A DNA stretch of 62,900 nt, counting the filler, from Thraustochytrium aureum (taxonomy: Eukaryota), in assembly GCA_012862495.1 (NCBI GenBank). It is 7 parts of 4 records of this genome, joined end to end, with 100 filler letters (N's around TTAATTAATTAA, not from the genome) between each part and the next. Parts side by side here need not be neighbours in the genome. Positions count along the whole stretch, not along the records: positions 1 to 26,012 come from BLSG01000310.1; 6 more parts are not named here. One strand, 5' to 3'. Position 1 is the first letter of the stretch. Every line of letters starts with the position of its first letter. Below are positions 10,907 through 22,523 of this stretch, in pieces. Made by a program: the position numbers and the translations under genes. Below the pieces are notes generated by a model, which saw nothing but the letters and a program-made list of their open reading frames with translations, had not been told where the DNA came from and made no database searches.

Positions 10907-12228
10907 TCCTCCCTCGCCGCACAAGCGCCAACCTCGCCGAGCAGGACCAAGCGAGACCAACGCGCGCCAAGCGACGACGCGCAAGGCGTGCTCAACCGCC
11001 CAGCGCTCGCCCCGGCGCGCCGTCAGCGGCAGCTGTGCGAGCCNNNNNNNNNNNNNNNNNNNNNNNNNNNNNNNNNNNNNNNNNNNNNNNNNNNNNNNNN
11101 NNNNNNNNNNNNNNNNNNNNNNNNNNNNNNNNNNNNNNNNNNNNNNNNNNNNNNNNNNNNNNNNNNNNNNNNNNNNNNNNNNNNNNNNNNNNNNNNNNNN
11201 NNNNNNNNNNNNNNNNNNNNNNNNNNNNNNNNNNNNNNNNNNNNNNNNNNNNNNNNNNNNNNNNNNNNNNNNNNNNNNNNNNNNNNNNNNNNNNNNNNNN
11301 NNNNNNNNNNNNNNNNNNNNNNNNNNNNNNNNNNNNNNNNNNNNNNNNNNNNNNNNNNNNNNNNNNNNNNNNNNNNNNNNNNNNNNNNNNNNNNNNNNNN
11401 NNNNNNNNNNNNNNNNNNNNNNNNNNNNNNNNNNNNNNNNNNNNNNNNNNNNNNNNNNNNNNNNNNNNNNNNNNNNNNNNNNNNNNNNNNNNNNNNNNNN
11501 NNNNNNNNNNNNNNNNNNNNNNNNNNNNNNNNNNNNNNNNNNNNNNNNNNNNNNNNNNNNNNNNNNNNNNNNNNNNNNNNNNNNNNNNNNNNNNNNNNNN
11601 NNNNNNNNNNNNNNNNNNNNNNNNNNNNNNNNNNNNNNNNNNNNNNNNNNNNNNNNNNNNNNNNNNNNNNNNNNNNNNNNNNNNNNNNNNNNNNNNNNNN
11701 NNNNNNNNNNNNNNNNNNNNNNNNNNNNNNNNNNNNNNNNNNNNNNNNNNNNNNNNNNNNNNNNNNNNNNNNNNNNNNNNNNNNNNNNNNNNNNNNNNNN
11801 NNNNNNNNNNNNNNNNNNNNNNNNNNNNNNNNNNNNNNNNNNNNNNNNNNNNNNNNNNNNNNNNNNNNNNNNNNNNNNNNNNNNNNNNNNNNNNNNNNNT
11901 TTCAACGTCTGGTAGCCGATGTGCTTGGGCGGATGGAATGACGACGATGTTTGAGTGAATGGATGGGTCGCGAGGCCGCGGTTGCAGATCCCGAACGGAC
12001 GCCGCGAGAGTCCGCGAGGCCGCTGCGGTGCGCGCGGGGAGACGCGCGGCGGGCTGGGCTGGGGCTGTACCGGGCTGGGCGCCGCGGATCTGCTGCGGTG
12101 GTCTTGGCGGCGGGCGGCGAAGGTGGTTGCGGCGGCCGCGGTGGTTTGTTTGTTTGTTGCCTCGCCCACGGCACGCTTGGCGCGGTCGCCGCCCCGGAAA
12201 GCGCGGTGCTGCCGCTCGTGGAGCGCGG

Positions 12229-14569
12229 ATGGAGGTCGGAGCTTCGTACCTGAGGGTTCGCCTCGTGCGAGAGGAGGATGGCGCTGCGGAGGAGGGCGGG
12301 CGCGTGGCCGCTGATGTAAAGAATGTAGCTTGTATGGACGCGGTTGCAGCTGGCGAAAATCAACGCGTCGTCTGCGGCGGGCCCCAAGGCACGATTCGGT
12401 TGGCGCTGATCGACGCTGCGGACGGGGCCGTGCGCGAGATGCGTTGCTTTGCGCTCTTTGCGCCCCTGGACCCCGGAGATGCGGCGACAGAGCGCCAAGT
12501 GAGCGCCCCAGTGGCGACTCTCAAGTGGTTTCCGGACGGCTCGCAGCGCGTCCTGCTCACGCTCTGGCAGAGCAACCAGGTCTACGTAGCCGAGCTCCGC
12601 GACGGCGCTCTCGTCACGTACATCCAGTCACGCCACGGCGCCCGCACGAGTGGCGCGGTGGTGGCCGTCGCCCAAGACCCTGACGACGCGAGACTCATCG
12701 CGTTCGGGACCGATCAGGGCCTTTTGTGCTGCGGCGAGCTGGGAGAGCCCCCCGGGACGCCGTTTGGCAGCCCCGCCCCGCTGTGCGAGCCGCAGCAAGT
12801 TCTGCTCGACGAGCGCTGCAGCTCGGCCGTCAACGCCATCGCTTTCGTTGCGAGCGGCGACCAGCCGCTTGTTGCTTCAGGGCACGAGAACGGGACTGTG
12901 TCGCTTTGGGGGCCACCAAAGAACTCCGCGCAGGGCCTTCGCACCTGCTGGCGGTGTCTTGGCTCTCTGCAGACCGGGCCGAGCGCTGTGTCGTCGCTCA
13001 CCGGGTTTGTGCATCGCTGGGCCGCGCAGGGCTCGCAGCGCGTCGTCGTCTCCGGCGCCTCGAACGGGGAGGTAATCGCCTGGGACGCTGACGCGTTTTT
13101 GGATGGCGGTGCGCGGGCGCGCCTCGCCTCTCTAGGCAACTTTACGGAAGACGAGGTCCACTTTGTGCGACTCGTAGACGGGCGCTCGCGCCGTGGCGGC
13201 TCTCTCGTGCTGCTCGTCGGAGACGACAGCGGAAGCGTCAGCGTCTACAGAGCGCCGCGCGAGAGCGCCGAGGCCCCTCTGGCCCCCGCCGCGTGGAGTC
13301 TGCTTCGGCGCGCCTCGCTGGGCTCGCCCGCGATAGCAGCTTGCCACACCGCGCACCTGGGCGAGGCGCTCGTGGCAACTTGCGAGAACGGCGTCGCGCG
13401 CGTCAGCCTGGCCGGGGTGGCCAAGGCGGCGCACTTTGAGAAAGCGAGCGGCAATGGGGATCAAGCAAGCACGGCCGATGAAGCAAGCGCGCTAGAGGAA
13501 AGCGAGAGCGAGAGCGAGACAGAGGCGCTTCCCGACGCGCGTCCTGCGCCGCGGCCGCGGTCCCCGCCTCCGCTGCCCCCGCGCCGCCGAGGTGCGAATG
13601 CGGCAGCGCGAAGCGACCACTCCGAGTCGCCGCCCGACCGGTCGCCGTCTGAAGCCTCGGCTTCCAGCGCGGGGCCACGGCGCCGACGCCGTGAGCCGGT
13701 TTCGGACGTCGGGTCCGAGTCGAGCGAGGGCACAGACATGGGGCNCCGCACGATCGAGCTCGAGAGCACAGGTTCTGGGCCCCCAAGCCGGTCGCCGGGG
13801 ACCGAGGCCCGTCGACGGCGGCGGCTTGCGGCCACAGCCCTACCCGACGCTCGACACGGGGGTCNNNNNNNNNNNNNNNNNNNNNNNNNNNNNNNNNNNN
13901 NNNNNNNNNNNNNNNNNNNNNNNNNNNNNNNNNNNNNNNNNNNNNNNNNNNNNNNNNNNNNNNNNNNNNNNNNNNNNNNNNNNNNNNNNNNNNNNNNNNN
14001 NNNNNNNNNNNNNNNNNNNNNNNNNNNNNNNNNNNNNNNNNNNNNNNNNNNNNNNNNNNNNNNNNNNNNNNNNNNNNNNNNNNNNNNNNNNNNNNNNNNN
14101 NNNNNNNNNNNNNNNNNNNNNNNNNNNNNNNNNNNNNNNNNNNNNNNNNNNNNNNNNNNNNNNNNNNNNNNNNNNNNNNNNNNNNNNNNNNNNNNNNNNN
14201 NNNNNNNNNNNNNNNNNGGAGGAGATCGCCAAACACCGCTTGCAGCGCGAAGCGCGCCTCGTCGAGGAGCTCGCTGAGCGGGCGCTTAGCCCTGCAACGA
14301 GACCCGCAAGCCGCGAGCCGGCCAGCTCTGCCGAGCGCGGCGAATTTGGAGACGACACGAGCGATGCGGAGGGAAGCTGCCCTGTGGGGCCGGCCGAGTC
14401 TGGCGCAAGCGACGAGAGCGAAGGTGAAGGCCCTCACGGCGCCAGCGAGTCCGGCAGTGCGCGCGCGTCTTGGGACAGCCTCGCGATGCCGTGGGCCCGG
14501 CAGGAGTTTTACTTGAGCAAGTTTGAGGACGGCCGCGTCGGGTTTCACAACTTTCGGTCTCTCGCCTGA
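12229..14569 (+). CDS. WD40-repeat protein with disordered acidic/Ser C-terminus (gapped)
   Basis: WD-like strands 'VNAIAF...LVASGHENGTVSLW', 'VVSGASNGEVIAWD' and 'LLVGDDSGSVSVY'. The reading continues after the 13865-14217 gap to a stop at 14569. Confidence 0.7.
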
Positions 14570-14860
14570 TGAGGGCAGCCGGTGTCTCGAGTTGATTGTG
14601 GGCGAGTACGTAGCGTCGAAGGCGCAGCGGGCCGCGTCCCCCTCGCCTGTAGAAAGAAATAGTCGGGCCCGAATCGGTTTGTGCGCAGAGTGAGTAAATC
14701 AAATCAAGGATCAGAGGCTGTGGTTTTCACAAAAGGAGGGCTGTCTGTCACGCTAAGCGCCGCGTGCCTGGCTACCTATCTAAAGGTAGACGGAGCATGC
14801 GGTGGCGAAGAAGCGCATGCGGCGCCACCTCGCCCAGACCGTGCCGTAGAAAGGAAAGCG

Positions 14861-16444
14861 TCAAGCCCAGCTCGGATAAGCGAGAATGGCCTTGCCACGA
14901 TTCAAAAAGTTGTCAAAGCCGTTGCGCGCGCTTGCTGGGTCTAGCGAGTTGGCTGCCGAGTCGCCTTCGCCCAGCATGGCCTGGAGATCGCTCGACGTCT
15001 TGACCAGGCGCTTTGAGCGGACGTTCGACGAAAGCTGCCGCGCGGATTTGGCGGCCTGGAAGCAGCGCCTCTTGGATCCTGCGGTCATGCCGTCGCCCAG
15101 CCGCTCCTCGCTCAAGTCAGGCAGCTGCTCGCTGAGAGCCTTGGCTCGCATAGTTTTGACGCGCTTTCGCTTGATCGAGCACACCTGCGCTCTCGCTCTC
15201 GCAGCTGCGCCACCTGTCAGAGTAGTGTTGCTGACAGGCGGAGGCGACTGCTGCCGCGTGTCCTCGCCGCGTTGGAGAGGCGCAGCAGGCGCGGCACAAA
15301 GCGCGGCTTGCTGCGGAAGAGCAGCAAGTAGAGCGCCCTGCGAAAAGTCACGGGCCGGTGCCGCCACCGAGGCAAGCATGGCTCTGTTGAGCGACATAGA
15401 CTGGTACATGGTCGTGAGGGAGGTTTGCCGCTGAATGGCGCGGTGTGGCCGGTTCGCCTCCTCGAACGTCGAGCGGTAGCGAAACGTAACGACAAAGTCT
15501 GGGATCGCCTGCGCCTTGTCGTACGTGACCACCATGCACATCTCCGACGAGCGGCTCGTGAACGGCCCGCCCCGCACTGCGTCAAACAGGTGGAATGGGT
15601 CGTTCTCAAACATTGGGGGCGGCCGTGTCAAGCTCTGGTTGATGGCGTTGTGCATGTCGCACACGTTGCCGCATGCCACACGGGCGAGGACCATTTGGCG
15701 AGGCGCGTTCTGGCGGAGGTCGCTGAATTCGCTAAACGTGGTATTGGCGAGGCTCTGCGCCGAGAGCGGCACCTGGTACGCGTAGTGTTTGGCGCTGTAG
15801 TTTGGCGTCGTGCTGAAATAGGTCCCACAACCGTAGTTGCCGTGGCGCGCGCAGCGCGGATCAAAGCCCTCGGTTCCCAGGCAAACGTAGTTGGGGTGTG
15901 TGCGCCCCGTCCCGTGGAAGAGAACCTGCTCGTTGACGCCGTTAAAGTACGGCTTTTTCTGCATCCGCTGCTTGAAAGACTCGTACTGGTCGTCCAGGTA
16001 CTCGTTGTGAACGCGCTGCACGCGCAAAATTTCAAGGTGCGGGCCGCACTTGCTCGCGACCGTGGCCCACATTGACGAGTCCCTCGCGAGGTCCAGGTAC
16101 TGCGCCTTGAATGGTGGGGCCTCTGCTCTTGCCTGCCGGTGTGCAATGCGCTCGACGCAGGTTGCAAGCTCGCAAACTGGAACCTTGAGCGAAAGCTCGA
16201 CCAGGGACCGGTCGAGCGCGGCCGGGTATTCTGCTTCTGCCGGGTAGAGCCGCGTGCCGCCCTCTTGGAGCATGTCGTAAAACACTGGTGCATTGTAGCC
16301 CACGTTGGCTCTTAACCGGTCCAGCTCGCCGCCCGTGGCCGCGGCGACGCCGTCCTGGCGCAGCGCGGCGCACAGCGTGTCCAGATCGGTCTGCACATAC
16401 ACTTTGTCATCGATGGCACTGTTGGCCTCCGTGCCGTCGGCCAT
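14861..16444 (-). CDS. PARP catalytic-domain protein (mono-ADP-ribosyltransferase, PARP12/TIPARP-like)
   Basis: 'VNEQVLFHGT...GFDPR...YGCGTYFS...YS..YA...RQMVLARVACG...LTRPP...FDAV...MVVTYDKAQAIPDFVVTF'. ATG at 16444 (MADGTE). Confidence 0.87.
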   Translation of the reverse strand: MADGTEANSAIDDKVYVQTDLDTLCAALRQDGVAAATGGELDRLRANVGYNAPVFYDMLQEGGTRLYPAEAEYPAALDRSLVELSLKVPVCELATCVERIAHRQARAEAPPFKAQYLDLARDSSMWATVASKCGPHLEILRVQRVHNEYLDDQYESFKQRMQKKPYFNGVNEQVLFHGTGRTHPNYVCLGTEGFDPRCARHGNYGCGTYFSTTPNYSAKHYAYQVPLSAQSLANTTFSEFSDLRQNAPRQMVLARVACGNVCDMHNAINQSLTRPPPMFENDPFHLFDAVRGGPFTSRSSEMCMVVTYDKAQAIPDFVVTFRYRSTFEEANRPHRAIQRQTSLTTMYQSMSLNRAMLASVAAPARDFSQGALLAALPQQAALCAAPAAPLQRGEDTRQQSPPPVSNTTLTGGAAARARAQVCSIKRKRVKTMRAKALSEQLPDLSEERLGDGMTAGSKRRCFQAAKSARQLSSNVRSKRLVKTSSDLQAMLGEGDSAANSLDPASARNGFDNFLNRGKAILAYPSWA

Positions 16445-17369
16445 TTCTTTCCCGCGCGACCCAGCAAACGCGCGGGCCGCTGCGCGCTCTGTGCGCGCCT
16501 CGCGAGACAAGCGGGCGCCTAACTGCCGGACCTCGGCTTGGGTGCGTGCGAGTCCGCGATGTGCAATCACCTCCGAGGTCCGATCCTCGGAATCCCCTGC
16601 TTGCAACGACGGCGCAAGGCAGCGAGCGCTCCGCGAGCGCAACGAGCACCCTCCCCTGCGGCCGGGCGACGCTCCGCGTGCGCTGGTGCTTTGCCGGGCT
16701 CTGCACGGACGTCAGCGAGCGCGAAGCGGATGTCACTTTCGGGCTTGCTTCAAGGCCCCGGGACTCTCGGAATCTCCCAGTGGCGCCGAGCCGGGCTCAG
16801 CTCCTCCCGGCTCACAAAGAGCCGCTCGCCCCGGCGCCGCAGGCGGGTACGCGCGGGAGGGGCGTGGGGAGCCGCCGCGCTCGGTCGGCTGTGCGAGCTG
16901 GCGAGCGGGAGCCGCCTTGGCGGGCTCGCCTAATTTCGCGCAATCTGCGCGAATCCAGGCTGCACCTGCTTGCGGGCCCCGGCCAGCGGAAGCGCGCGTC
17001 GCGGCCGTCGCTGAGCGACTCGGGCGGTCGCAGTCGCGTCCAAAAGCCGCGAGGCCCAACAGGCCAGTGCCGCTTGCTCGAGTGCCCCTTGTGCGCAGGC
17101 GAACTCGCAATCCTCGATCCGAGGCAGGGCTGCTCTGCGCTCACGCTCAGGTCCTCCAGCGCCCCTGGTCCTCTGGCAGCAGCAGCCCGGCAGCCTTCCT
17201 CCCGTCCGCAGCAGCAATGCTGTGCGCTCGCAGCAGCACTGCGATGCCAGCGGCTGGCCCGCCTTGTTGTATTCGGAGATGCGTTCAGCAATGCGGCGTT
17301 CAAGTGTCTCTCCTGCCGACCCAGCACAACGGCGAACTACAACCTACTCGCTCCACGCACGCCACCGCC

Positions 17370-17370
<1 letters not shown>

Positions 17371-17409
<39 letters not shown>
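17371..17409. repeat. (CAG)13 microsatellite next to a gap
   Basis: Perfect CAG run ending shortly before the N gap at 17421. Confidence 0.9.
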
Positions 17410-17410
<1 letters not shown>

Positions 17411-18433
17411 GCCGAGCGAGNNNNNNNNNNNNNNNNNNNNNNNNNNNNNNNNNNNNNNNNNNNNNNNNNNNNNNNNNNNNNNNNNNNNNNNNNNNNNNNN
17501 NNNNNNNNNNNNNNNNNNNNNNNNNNNNNNNNNNNNNNNNNNNNNNNNNNNNNNNNNNNNNNNNNNNNNNNNNNNNNNNNNNNNNNNNNNNNNNNNNNNN
17601 NNNNNNNNNNNNNNNNNNNNNNNNNNNNNNNNNNNNNNNNNNNNNNNNNNNNNNNNNNNNNNNNNNNNNNNNNNNNNNNNNNNNNNNNNNNNNNNNNNNN
17701 NNNNNNNNNNNNNNNNNNNNNNNNNNNNNNNNNNNNNNNNNNNNNNNNNNNNNNNNNNNNNNNNNNNNNNNNNNNNNNNNNNNNNNNNNNNNNNNNNNNN
17801 NNNNNNNNNNNNNNNNNNNNNNNNNNNNNNNNNNNNNNNNNNNNNNNNNNNNNNNNNNNNNNNNNNNNNNNNNNNNNNNNNNNNNNNNNNNNNNNNNNNN
17901 NNNNNNNNNNNNNNNNNNNNNNNNNNNNNNNNNNNNNNNNNNNNNNNNNNNNNNNNNNNNNNNNNNNNNNNNNNNNNNNNNNNNNNNNNNNNNNNNNNNN
18001 NNNNNNNNNNNNNNNNNNNNNNNNNNNNNNNNNNNNNNNNNNNNNNNNNNNNNNNNNNNNNNNNNNNNNNNNNNGAGGCAGCAGCGCGTCCATCATTAGG
18101 TGCCTTGATCCGTGCCATGCCAGCCGGCGGTTGGCTGCGTCTTGCGCGGTGCGGTTGTTGCCTGATTCAAGGCGGCCGGGCCGGGATTCCAAGCGCTTGC
18201 CAGTGCGAGCAAGCACAGACTCTCTCGAGAGCCAGAGTTGGTTGGGGTTCCGAGGACTTACTCGACAGTTGTCGTCTGGCGGGGGGCTCTTGTTGTTTTC
18301 GCGGCTCCACGCCTCAACGCGCACGAAGAAGCAGCTCTCCGCGCTTTCAATCCCGGGAAGCGAGCTACTCTACCCGTGAAGCGAGCTGCCGTGACCTTGT
18401 TCTTCTTCAGGAAGGCTTGCATGCCCTTGATTG

Positions 18434-18866
18434 CTATGCGTTCGCCTGGTTTGACCAAGAACGCGCCTGCGAACGCGCCTGCGAACGCGCCTGCGAACGC
18501 GCCTGGCAAAGGCTTCGTCGCTTGCTGGCTCTGCCACGCTGATCGAGTTGGGAGCGTCCCGGTCCCGTCGAGCGAGCTTGGTCTCTGTGCGACTGTGGGG
18601 CAATTCGGAATGACTGCTTGCTGCCTGGCTCGTACAACGTTCGAGCGCCGCCTTCCACGTCGGCGAGGCCACCCAGGACGTCCAACGCGTCCAGCCCGAG
18701 GTTGCTTCGAAAGGTAAGCACCGTCTTGTCAGCTGGAAGGTAGACGACCGACCACCTCGAAGATGCTCGCGGTCACATCGGAGACAAAAGCAATCACATC
18801 GGCGCCGTCAGGGAACGGCTCGCCCTCTCCGACGACAGCGCTCCAGCCGCGAGGGTTCGCGACCAT
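18434..18866 (-). CDS. Hypothetical protein (possible frameshift ~18735); boundaries uncertain
   Basis: Two consecutive protein-like minus-strand readings: MVANPRGWSAVVGEGEPFPDGADVIAFVSDVTASIFEV and VLTFRSNLGLDALDVLGGLADVEGGARTLYEPG. No family recognised. Confidence 0.3.
18459..18506. repeat. 12-bp tandem repeat (gaacgcgcctgc) x~4
   Basis: gaacgcgcctgc gaacgcgcctgc gaacgcgcctgc gaacgcgcctgg. Confidence 0.85.
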
Positions 18867-19249
18867 GGCGAGGTACGTCCACAGGTGCCCTGGTACGGAG
18901 ATTCCAACGACGAGCCATACCAAGGACCATGCCAGGCTGCAACGTGCACCGACTCGGGACGCTGGCGGGTGTGCTCGTGATCGAGTGCGTACGTCAGAGC
19001 AGACGCGGAGCACTTCGCGAGGGGCAGAGCATGCAGCGCGGAACGACCAAAAGCTCACGACAGTCATGAGCTTTTGTGTCAAACTGGCCGGGCAAGAGCG
19101 TGGAGCCAACGCAAGACAGTCCGCTTTGCTCAGAAGGGCGCCCAGCCAGCCAGAGCGCTTGCAAGTGCCAGGAGCATGAAATCGTTGTTTTCGAGACGCT
19201 ACAGAAAACAGGGCGTGGGCAACGCGGCCAGCTCGACGCTGGGCCCCCG

Positions 19250-20037
19250 TCACAGGTTGGCGCCTTTGACAACCTTGCGTGACAACACCTTAAAGTCTTC
19301 CGAGCCAAGCTGCAAAAGCTGCTGGCGGTCCTCCATGGCCACGCACGACTCGAGGCTCGAGGCGTCCATGCTGTGCTTGAGCACTTCCTTGGTCATGAAA
19401 AGCGCCAACGGCGTCATTGTCGCCGTCATTCGGCGCGCGAGTGCAAGCCCAGCCGCGACCATCTCCTGCTGCGACTCGTGCACACTAGATACAATCCCAA
19501 GTTGGTGCGCGCGCTCTGCGTGCAGAAAGTCGCCTGTCATCATCAGCTCGGCGGCCAAGCTTGGGCCCGCCACTCGCGGCAAAAAGTACGAGATGCCAAT
19601 GTCGCCGCCGGTGAGCCCAATCTTGGACATTGCCACATTGAATCGCGCATCGCGCGTTGCGATCCGCACGTCGCTCGCCAGCATCACGGCAAACCCAAAC
19701 CCGCACGCTGGCCCATGAACGAGCGAGATGATCGGCTGCTTGACGCGCCTCATCGCAACAACGATCTGGCTGATGCGGCGCTGAAAGTTAAACTGCGCCA
19801 GCCCTTCTTTCGGCGTGGCGCCGGCTGCGAGGTCAAGCCCGGCGCAGAACGCGCGCCCTGCGCCTTTGATCACGATAACCCGAGGCGATAGCTCGCCGGT
19901 GTTGGCGAGAAGCTCGTCTACCTCCAGCCCAGCAAAGTACGCGAGCAGCTCTTCGACCATGCGCGGGTTGAGCGCGTTGAGCCGCTCCGGCCGGTTGAGC
20001 GTCAGAACCTCCACGTCGCCGTCGCGCTCGAGCGATA
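19250..20037 (-). CDS. Enoyl-CoA hydratase/isomerase (crotonase) family; 5' end in gap
   Basis: 'LTLNRPERLNALN...IKGAGRAFCAGLDL...QPIISLVHGPACGFGFAVMLASDVRIA...AAELMMTG...AERAHQLGIVS'. Confidence 0.92.
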
Positions 20038-20507
20038 NNNNNNNNNNNNNNNNNNNNNNNNNNNNNNNNNNNNNNNNNNNNNNNNNNNNNNNNNNNNNNN
20101 NNNNNNNNNNNNNNNNNNNNNNNNNNNNNNNNNNNNNNNNNNNNNNNNNNNNNNNNNNNNNNNNNNNNNNNNNNNNNNNNNNNNNNNNNNNNNNNNNNNN
20201 NNNNNNNNNNNNNNNNNNNNNNNNNNNNNNNNNNNNNNNNNNNNNNNNNNNNNNNNNNNNNNNNNNNNNNGCCATCCTAGAACGGCCTGGCCGGTGCCGA
20301 CTCTGCCGTGCGCTTTGGGGCATTGATGTGTCAGCCGCCGCGGCGATGGTGACGGTGTAGTGTCGGACTAGCCGGCGGTCGGAACGAGAAAAGGCGCAGA
20401 ACTGCCCAGAACACACCTCTCTGCGAGCAACCGCCAGCCCTGTCATGTCAAATCTCATTGATCTTGGGGCAATTGCAATCGCATTGATCTTGGGGCGATG
20501 GCCGAAC

Positions 20508-20752
20508 CCATGCCGGGCCGCCATCGTTGTCGGGACGGGGCTTGCTGGCGCCAACTTGTGCCAATAAATGCAAACCCGCACATCATCTCCATGAAACTCT
20601 CGCCTACCCCAACTGTTGCTGTGAGCCATGGCCGCCATCGTGATGGCGTGGCTTTGGCCATGCCGGACCGCCATCGGCGCCGGGACTGCTCTTGCTGGCG
20701 CCAACTTGTGCCAACAAATGTCTTGGCCAAGTCCACTCATCTCCATGAAAGT
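20508..20752. repeat. Degenerate direct repeat, ~150-bp period, 2 copies
   Basis: ccatgccgg.ccgccatcg...cttgctggcgccaacttgtgccaa.aaatg...tcatctccatgaaa occurs at ~20508-20598 and ~20658-20752. Confidence 0.75.
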
Positions 20753-20801
20753 GACTCGACAACTGCAGGGGTACCTTACATTTGGCCTATGGAATTGGAA
20801 T

Positions 20802-21658
20802 TCAGTTGAGGATATCGCCCCCGGCCGGGCCAGGATGCCGGCCGGACTGCGCGAGCCATACGTTGAAGACAATAATGACAAAGACGAGGTGGAACAGCAG
20901 GGAGAAGAGAAACACGTAAAACGATCTGAGGTTGCGCTCCCCGATGCACTTGCCGGTCCCTGCCGGAACAGCCCAACGCACGCATCACCGCACCAGGCCG
21001 CCGTTAGCGCAGCGAAAAAATCATGCAAACACCCACACGGCAAACACTCACAGGGGCAGTGGTGGTCGTGGCCCACGATGCACGCGTCGCAGTCGTAGCA
21101 GTGCCGAGCGCTCGGTGGCCTGTACACGTGGCACCTGTCGCAGAGCAAGCCGTTCTTGACGCGGCCTTTGCCGTCAGCCATACTCTGCTCCAACTGCTGC
21201 CGCGTTTGGCGCTTCACGATCCCCGGATCACTGAACGCAGTCATTGTGAACGAGGAGGCCAGCACGAAGAACGATACCGACCCGGTGAACCCAACAATGG
21301 GCGACATTTCCGGCGCTGCCAAGACAAGCAGCATCACCGACGGGACGCAGATCAGCGTCAGCGTGATCAAGCTGCACCACCAATCCGGCCCCATCAAGCA
21401 ATGAAACGGAAACTTGCGCCCGCGCGGCTTGCCGTACACGAGGATGTGGTTGCCCTCCGCGCGTTTGCACACCAGCCAGCCGCGTTTCCCCTCGTGCTCG
21501 CCCTCCAGGTCGCCCACGAGCGGCTCCATATCCTCCTCCATCGCAGCATCCGCCCTCGTTCCCCCTGCAGCCCGCGCGCGGCTCTGCTCGCGCTCGTGCG
21601 TCCCTGCGGCGCCGAGCTCGACGTCGGGCGCCATCTCGTCGCCATCGCGCGCCGACAT
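20802..21658 (-). CDS. DHHC palmitoyltransferase; 2 exons (21658-21052, 20959-20802)
   Basis: 'SDPGIV...CDRCHVYRPPSARHCYDCDACIVGHDHHCP|WTGKCIGERNLRSFYVFL'. Intron 21051-20960 has a GTGAGT donor, GCTAAC branch and CAG acceptor. Stop TGA at 20802-20804. Confidence 0.92.
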
Positions 21659-22523
21659 CCCGCGCAGGAAGGACCCCGCGCGACGCGCACGAAGCAGAAG
21701 GAGNNNNNNNNNNNNNNNNNNNNNNNNNNNNNNNNNNNNNNNNNNNNNNNNNNNNNNNNNNNNNNNNNNNNNNNNNNNNNNNNNNNNNNNNNNNNNNNNN
21801 NNNNNNNNNNNNNNNNNNNNNNNNNNNNNNNNNNNNACAAGTTGCGCGCGAAGGTCGAGGTGGAAGTCAAAGTCCTAGCTCGGCGTGCGACGCCGACGAG
21901 AGTGCGCGGCAGCGTTAAAAAAGGGGTGGTTGTGGCGGCCAACTCCGCTCCGCGAAAGCTGCTGCTCGCCGAGCTGCACCTGCCAGCGGCGGAGCTGCGC
22001 GACAGTGTGCGCATAGGCCCTCTCCAAAGGGCCAATCGCAAGGCGCCGCGGGGGCAGGGCCAGGCAGCGAAGAAGGAAGTGACTTGCGCAACGCACGCTG
22101 ATGCCGCCCGTCACTGCAAACGATTGGCGTCGCGCAGCGCGGCAAGGAATGGCGCCAACGAGCCCCGCCCAGACGGAACAAACAATGCGCCACGCGAGGG
22201 CCGACGTCGCGCCGAGGCTTCCGACACATGTTCCCTGGACACACCGACGAAAACGATTCCGCAGCAGCATGGCCAAACAGCCTCTGGGACCAATTCCGGC
22301 GTCACAGACTTGCCCTTAGCTAGGACATCACTTGCCAAGGCCGAAAAGCCGGCCGAAAGCCGACCGCGAAGATGCAGCACCCCGCCGTCGCGAGAGCAAA
22401 CCGCGAGGTCAAAGTAGCGACGCTGTGGAGACGTCGATTCCTCAACATCTGCCCGGCGTCGCGGCGTTAGCGCAGACTGCACTGAGCGAGGGAGTCGCGA
22501 AGCCGACTGCGCCCTCCGCAGCG

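Noticed and set aside
4198..18542. Long ORFs spanning N runs (4198-5751, 10536-11915, 16288-18099, 16305-18542)
   Set aside because: Their length is inflated by X codons, and the flanking translations are low-complexity and UTR-like.
19250..21658. 802-aa DHHC-crotonase fusion ORF from the ORF track
   Set aside because: The ORF reads through an intron, intergenic repeats and an N gap. The spliced DHHC gene stops at 20802.
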